A stretch of DNA of 64,000 nucleotides from the human T2T-CHM13v2.0 reference genome, Homo sapiens. The notes under the pieces were generated by a model. That model saw only the letters and a list, made by a program, of their open reading frames with translations, searched no databases and had not been told where the DNA came from. Positions 56,645 to 64,000 of the stretch are shown here, in pieces (the stretch's first letter is position 1; every line of letters begins with the position of its first letter). The position numbers and the translations under genes were made by a program. The stretch lies in the NCBI RefSeq assembly GCF_009914755.1, contig NC_060925.1, one strand, 5' to 3'.

Positions 56645-57726
56645 CATATATAATATATATAAAATACATATATATTATATATATTATATATAATACATAT
56701 ATTATATATATTATATATAATACATATATTATATATTATATATAATACACGTATATAATATATAATATATAATACATATAATATATATGATATATAATAC
56801 ATATAATATATATGATATATAATACATATATAATATATATGATATATAATACATATATAATATATATTATATATAATACATATATAATATATATTATATA
56901 ATACATATATAATATATATTATATATAATACATATATAATATATATTATATATAATACATATATAATATATATTATATATAATACATATATAATATATAT
57001 TATATATAATACATATATAATATATATTATATATAATACATGTATAATATATATTATATATAATACATGTATAATATATATTATATAATACATGTATATA
57101 ATATATATTATATATAATACATATATATTATATATTATATATTAATATATTTATATAATAGTAATATATAATATTAATATATTATATATATTAATATTAT
57201 ATATAATACATATATTATATATAATATAAATATATATAATACATATATAATACACATATTATATATAATACATATATTATATATAGTATATGTATTATAT
57301 ATAATATATATGTAATATATATATTATATATGTATACTATATATATATATGTAGTATTAACTCACATGATCACAATGTTCCACAATAGGCCATCTGCAAG
57401 CTGAGGAGCAAGGAAGCCAGTCTGAGTCCCAAACCTGAAGAACTTGAAGTTCGATGTTCGAGGGCAGTAAGCATCCAGCACAGGAGAAAGATGTAGTCTG
57501 GGAGGCTAAGTCAGTCTAGTCTTTTCAGGTTTTTCTGCCTGCTGTGTATTCCAGCCATGCTGGCAGCTGATTAGATGGTGCCCACCGAGATTAAAGGTGG
57601 TCTGCCTTTCCCAGCCCACTGACTCAAATGTTAATCTCCTTTGGCAACACCCTCACAGACACACCCAGAATCAATACTTTGCATCCTTCAATCCAATCAA
57701 GTTGACACTCAATATTAACCATCACA
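56550..57726 (-). mobile_element. 5' LTR, MLT2A1, expanded by an AT-rich repeat
   Basis: TGTATTAGTCAGGGTTCTCTAGAGGG...AATATTAACCATCACA; colinear with the 3' LTR outside the TA tract. Confidence 0.93.
56600..57350. repeat. AT-rich (TA)n-derived minisatellite with a ~27-bp unit
   Basis: Pure TA run of about 38 nt followed by repeats of ATATATAATATATATTATATATAATAC; translates as a 9-residue periodic ORF (YVLYIIYII). Confidence 0.95.
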
Positions 57727-58218
57727 AAACTATTATGTAATAGTATGATTGTATTATATTAGAAACTAAATTAAGGGAAACATACAGACTTCTCTGGGTC
57801 TTCCAAGCAAGACCTCAGCGCCTTGAGAGAAACAATAAAGCCCACATGGATCCAGGCATGGGTCGATTCAATGACCACAGGCCTTGTTCTCAGCTGGGGA
57901 CAAACCCTGTATTTTCAGGAGAGTGAACAGAGATGTTACTTTAGATAGGTGGTCAGAGAAAGGTCTGAGATAGTGATATCTGAGCTGAGAGCTGAATGCT
58001 AAAAGTCAGCTTGATGATTATTAGGTAAAGCCTTCCGGGCACAGAGAATGCAAGTGTGAAAATCTGAGGTTGACATGAGTTTGGGTGTTTGGGGAACAGA
58101 AAAAATGTCCTTGTTCCTGGAGCATGGTGTGGTGATAGGAGAAGGGATCAGAGAGATAACCAGGGGTCAGAATTTACTCCAAATGCCAAGATTTGGTTCA
58201 TTTCAGAAAGGCAGACTA

Positions 58219-58523
58219 GGCCAGGCATGGTGGCTCACGCCTGTAATCCCAGCACTTTGGGAGGCTGAGGCAGGTGGATCACAAAGTCAGGAGATCGAAA
58301 CCAGCCTGGCCAACATGGTGAAACCCCATCTCTACTAAAAATACAAAAATTAGCTGGGTGTTGTGGCAGTCTTCTGTAATCCCAGCTACTCAGGAGTCTG
58401 AGGCAGGAGAATCACTTGAACCCAGGAGTTGGAGGTTGCAGTGAGACGAGATTGTGCCATCCTGGGGGACAAGAGCGAGACTTAATCTCAAAAAAAAAAA
58501 AAAAAAAAGAAAAGAAAAGAGAA
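58219..58523 (+). mobile_element. AluS (Sq10-like end) within an L2 relic
   Basis: Dimer with a short right-arm deletion, ending GGGGGACAAGAGCGAGACTT; TSD AGAAAG(G/A)CAGACTA at 58205-58218 and 58524-58537. Confidence 0.9.
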
Positions 58524-59039
58524 AGAAAGACAGACTACACAGGTAAAGTTGTAGATAGGTTGGTAGATTTGATGGTGGGAATGTGAAGAATTCTCTAAAA
58601 GAACCAAAATTGCCTAGTGCCAGAGAGGAGCAAAGAGAAGCAGGAGTTAAGAGCTATCTCAGAGGCAGTTTCATGGCCAAGAAAACTAATTTTCTGTCTC
58701 CTCCAGAGGTCTGTAATTCCACTCTGGTAATCATTTAATTAAGATCTTGAGATATATATATTTATTTTTCTTTTAACTGTACAGACTTGAATTTGCAGGG
58801 AACCTTAAGTTACATAAATATACTTTCTTTCTAACTTGATAGAATCTTGCAAACTTTCATATTCTTTTGATGATATTAAACATCTTATCAATATTTAAAA
58901 TGATATCCCACTGAATTTTGCATGCCTCAAATGGCTTTATCTGACTTTATGTTAAAACTTGTAAGGTCATTTTACTGACAAGTGAGAAGGGAGAGAAAAA
59001 AGGGCAAAGAAGTCAATGGTTTGCACACATTGAGAGACA

Positions 59040-59850
59040 TACAGAGTGGAGGTTAAGGACATAGACTCTGGAGTCTGGCTGCCTGGAGTTGGATCCAGCT
59101 TTGCTTTGTACTGGTTATGTTACCTGGAGCCAGCTATTGAACACCTCTGTGTTTCACTTTTCCCATCTGAAAAATGGGGTTAACAATGGTACCTAGTTAA
59201 TGGGGTTGCTGTGAGGACTGAATGAGTATGTGCATGTCTCCACCATCTTATAGCATCTCTCCAAGTCGTTTTGGGGCTTCCCCTTGCTCCAGCTGTGGCT
59301 GCAGTGATCAATTCTCTTCGGGCTTTGACCAGCTTTCCCTAGGGGCAACTTGACAGTGCCTCATTGCTGGCCCTCCTTGCGTACCTGCTGCCTCCTGCCC
59401 AGGGCCTCTCTGATAACATAGCGTAGGACACCTGTGGAACCTACTCTGAACTCTAGAGCTCTAGACATGAACAATCTAGCAATGTAGGGGAACTAAAGCC
59501 ATGTGCCTACCCTTGGCCTGTGAGGAATAGGAGTCATGGTTATATTCCCCTCTTTTCTGTTGGGCAGATAGTTCTGAAAGCATTTATAAGGCTTCCTGCC
59601 AAGCACCACGTGCCCGTAGTGGTAGCCCCCAAATAAGGCACCCTTGTATTGCTTTCCTCCTTCTATATTTCATTGGCTTTTGTCTCTTACACATACTTTC
59701 TGGGATCATTTCCCAAATAAACTACTTATGTGAATGCCTTTGACTCATGCTCAGTTTTCGGGGGAGCTCAAGTTAAGACCACATGTAAAGTGCTTAGAAC
59801 GGCGCTTGGAACATTGTATGCACTATGTAAGTGCTAGCTATTATTATTTT
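59040..59850 (+). mobile_element. MIR split by an LTR16-like insertion
   Basis: 5' half GGTTAAGGACATAGACTCTGGAGTC..GGGTTGCTGTGAGGACTGAATGAG; 3' half ATGTAAAGTGCTTAGAAC..GCTAGCTATTATTAT. Confidence 0.75.
59236..59780 (+). mobile_element. LTR16-like solo LTR (ERVL)
   Basis: 3' end CTGGGATCATTTCCCAAATAAACTACTT...GGGGGAGCTCAAGTTAAGAC matches the LTR16-family terminus. Confidence 0.7.
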
Positions 59851-60191
59851 TGCAAGGGAATGATGATTGTGATGGGCCATAAATCTTAAGCTGAGTTAGG
59901 TGGGAAGTAAGGAAAGGATAAGGATACTAGAAAGTGAGAAAGTGGTGGGACCAGGGGATTGGAGGTCACATAAGGTGTTGTTATGTGAATAGGGGGTAAC
60001 GAAACAAGTGAGCTGAAAGAAGGTAGCCAGAGAGTGAGACTCTTGAAATCAGTATATCAACATGGTGTAATTATTGATGGTGACATAGTCTAGAATATGA
60101 CCATGGAAATGGGTGGCTAAGGTAAGGTAGAATAAAAGATCACGAGAGGCAAGGAGGTCACAGATCTAAGAGGTCATAGTATTTATCTGCA

Positions 60192-60612
60192 TATGAATTA
60201 TTCATCTATTTCTGCAATAGTGCTGTATCATAAACCACCACAAAACTCTATGACATGCAACAGCGGACATTTAGTGTGACATTCACAGGTCTGCAGATCA
60301 GCTGGCTAATCCCGGCTGGTCTCAGCTGCATAGCTTATTGGGTTTGGTTCCCATGTAATGCACACGGGTTTGTTCTGGGACCCAGGCTAAAGGGGCACTA
60401 ACTACCTGGGGCATGTTCATCTCATGTAGATTACCGTGGTAAGAGCCAAGCCTAATCATGCAAGCACATTCCCCAGGTCCTCTAACATTACACTGGCCCA
60501 AGCAAGTCACATGGTACCAAACCCAATACCAATGGTTCAGGGATGTTTGCTCTGCCCACAGTGGGGGTGGGAAGAGAGTGAATATTTTCTGAACAATAAT
60601 CCAAACTATCAT
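60192..60612 (-). mobile_element. MLT1H-like MaLR LTR
   Basis: CTGGGACCCAGGCTAAAGGGGCA..CTACCTGGGGCATGTTC..CCAAGCAAGTCACATGG..GTGAATATTTTCTGAACAATAATCCAA. Confidence 0.75.
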
Positions 60613-62989
60613 AACATAGATGTTGCAAACACCAGAATGGGGCCATGAGTGACGGGGAAGAGGACAGCAAACCAGACACTAAGGTTGTCCAAGTATACAC
60701 TGAATAAGTAGGACCTGTAGAGGCAATTAAGCACAGTCTTCCTTCCCACACAGCCCATGCAAACATGTTTTGTGGAGCTGGATCTTTCCCCTATCCCTTT
60801 ATGAAATCTAAGATACAAATTTTTCAGTTATTATTAGATAACGAAGTCCTCTGTTTGTTTTAATTGCAAGAAGTCTGATTTTTAGTTATTAATATGTACA
60901 ATCTCATGTCATAATCAAAACTCCCCATTTTATTCAAAATTCAAGTTTCTCTCCTTCCCAGTTTAGACCTGCTGAAGATGGAAAAGAGTAGTGGGGTTGC
61001 CTTCCCTAGTTCCCTGCCTACTCCCCACACTCAGCAGTTTGCTCCTGGCTTATTGAGAATGGAAGTGGTAGCAAGGGGCAAAGGAGGATGTGGAGGCAGG
61101 CAAGACCTTATTTGACCTGCACCAGTGAAACTGGCATTGGCTTTCTCTAATGTTTAAACATCTGGTGAATATTTAAAGCCAACGAGTATTGGCAGTTGCC
61201 TCTTTCAGGAACACATTAGTGGTTTCTTCAGAGACATTTGCCTCCTCCTCTTATTTCCTGTCACTTCCAGTCTCTTTATGGAAAACTGTTCTTCCTTCAG
61301 CTATGCTTACAAGTGCCCTCTAAGCACCAGCCTTGGTTTCCCCAAAGACTCCAGGGACATAGAAAAGCTCTTTGTGTCATTCTCTTGAAGCTAGTCCCAC
61401 CAAGTTAAGGAGAGGGGACTCCCTCCCATCTTTCTCCATGGAGAAGGTTAAGACTCAAGGTACACTAACAATTCTCTCCAAAGAGATGCCCCCTCTAGTA
61501 TACCATTTCCTTCTTGGAGCTGGATATCCTCTCAGGGCTGCAAACCTGGTTCTCGATCCTTCTCTGCATCTCCTGCTTGGGAATCAAGCACCTTAAACTG
61601 CTATGCAGGGCAAGTACATGTCTTGGATCTTCAGTGTGAACGGAGGCTAAGAGTGTCTCATTTTAATGCTCTGCTGCACGTGAGTGTAAGAAAGTAACTG
61701 AGAAGTCACAGATGGCAGAGTGAGTGGAGATAAGATTTTCATTCTGTAGAAGCAGGACCCTAGAAGAGAAAGAACTCTCTCCTTCAGAACTCTTTTCCCC
61801 AGATTTATAGTATTGGATTCCTGAAGAAGGAATCAGAAAAGAACTACATGAGGTTACAGCTTACCTGCTGGTATTAGAAAATGTAGAATGCAATTTTGTG
61901 GTTGGTCACTAAAAGATTCACTAAGATCTGAGCTGTGTCTTACTCAGAGTAAGAACTACGATGAAAGCCTTGAGCTGTGAGAGGGTGAAGACAAAGACCC
62001 CGCTGGCCACTATGAGGAGAAGAGGAAAATCTGAGACTGTAAAACAAGACAAAGCCATGGGAGACTTGAATTTTAAATCATTCAGATTACATTTGCAAGA
62101 ACAGATATGATATCTTCTTTGTCTTTGAACCTTCAGTACGTAGGTCAGTGCCTGACCCCCAGTAAGTGCTGAAAAGATGTGCAATTGAATTGAATAGGAT
62201 ATATAGTATATAGTAAATACATACTGAATTGAATTGAACACACAGGATGCAATAAATACAATACATAATAAGAAAGTAAAAGCTCAAGGTGGTATTTCAT
62301 AAAGTGTTTGTCTGATGAACAGCTATGCTTGCTCATTTTCTGACAGGATTATTGTTTATGTAGTTTCTCCTTTTGCCCTGGCTGCCAGTTAGTTGAGACA
62401 ACTGCCTCAACTAATTATTTTAGCTCTCAGGCAATTCTGTATATTTGCATGCTTCTCTTTTTGAAGAGTCTCAATATTTCTTTCTATTTTATTAATCTTA
62501 TAATGTTGCCTAATATAATTTTGGAAATGACACAGAGTACATTTCTGTACTATGCTCCTTGTTCTACAGTGAACATCAAGGGCCTCATCAATCACCAGTT
62601 CCTGGCATTGAGGTGGCCATTTCAGGACAAAGGCAAAGCAACAGGAGACAGAGGTTGATTATTTCTGAGAAAACTATCCTGTGCTCTGCTGGAAATTGGT
62701 CCCTTGCAACCCCAAGCACGAGGTGTCCTGAGAGGTTAACAAATGGTTCCCCTTTTAGAAAAACCCCAAAGGCAGAAGAACCACAGGGAGACAAATAGAA
62801 CCTGAGCTAACACAGGGTTATGCTGTCAGCATGAACACTGGCTGCCCCAGGAAAGGAGGGAGGGAGACACAGAACATGTGGAAAAACAATAGCAAGAGTG
62901 GCAGCAGAGTGGCACTAGCATGCAAAGGAAAAGGAGGGGAGAAGAAGAGGGAAGGGGAAGGTAGAAAGAATGAACATTGCTTACCTACT

Positions 62990-63998
<1,009 letters not shown>

Positions 63999-64000
63999 TG

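Larger units (their letters stand above)
52033..57726 (-). mobile_element. HERV-L provirus, internally deleted, with two MLT2A1 LTRs
   Basis: LTRs at 52033-52610 (3') and 56550-57726 (5'); perfect TSD AAACT at 52028-52032 and 57727-57731; gag, RT C-terminal part, RNase H, integrase and dUTPase remnants; no env. Confidence 0.96.

Noticed and set aside
56599-57093. 164-aa Tyr/Ile periodic ORF and a regularly spaced array
   Set aside because: Translation of the AT minisatellite; there are no unique spacers and no cas genes, so it is not a CRISPR array
62570-62615. Acceptor followed by VNIKGLINHQFLAL, loosely like an FGF beta-trefoil strand
   Set aside because: Similarity is too short, the donor is weak and no other FGF-like exons are present

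Overview
Human (primate) genomic DNA. The sequence is AT-rich and repeat-dense, with no CpG island and no protein-coding gene I can recognise, so it is most likely intergenic or deep intronic; a near-consensus AluYa5 marks it as human. It holds about 20 Alu elements or fragments (J, S, Y, Ya5), L1 3' fragments, L2/MIR relics, hAT DNA transposon relics (MER3, MER5A) and several solo LTRs (MLT2A2, THE1C, MLT2B-like, MLT1, LTR16-like). The largest element is an internally deleted HERV-L provirus (52033-57726, minus strand) with two MLT2A1 LTRs, a perfect 5-bp TSD, a tRNA-Leu PBS and decayed gag/pol/dUTPase. Most ORFs in the supplied track derive from Alu, L1, LTR or microsatellite sequence. Observations most worth following up: an Alu-unique-Alu composite bounded by one TSD; reciprocal loss of TATA and DUX4 motifs between the two HERV-L LTRs; a ~750-bp AT-rich 27-bp minisatellite inside the 5' LTR; microhomology-bounded deletions in the provirus; a tandem duplication spanning an Alu 3' end; and a few candidate regulatory modules or exons. 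I see no evidence of a new multi-gene system. Repeat subfamily names come from recalled consensus sequences and need RepeatMasker/Dfam confirmation.
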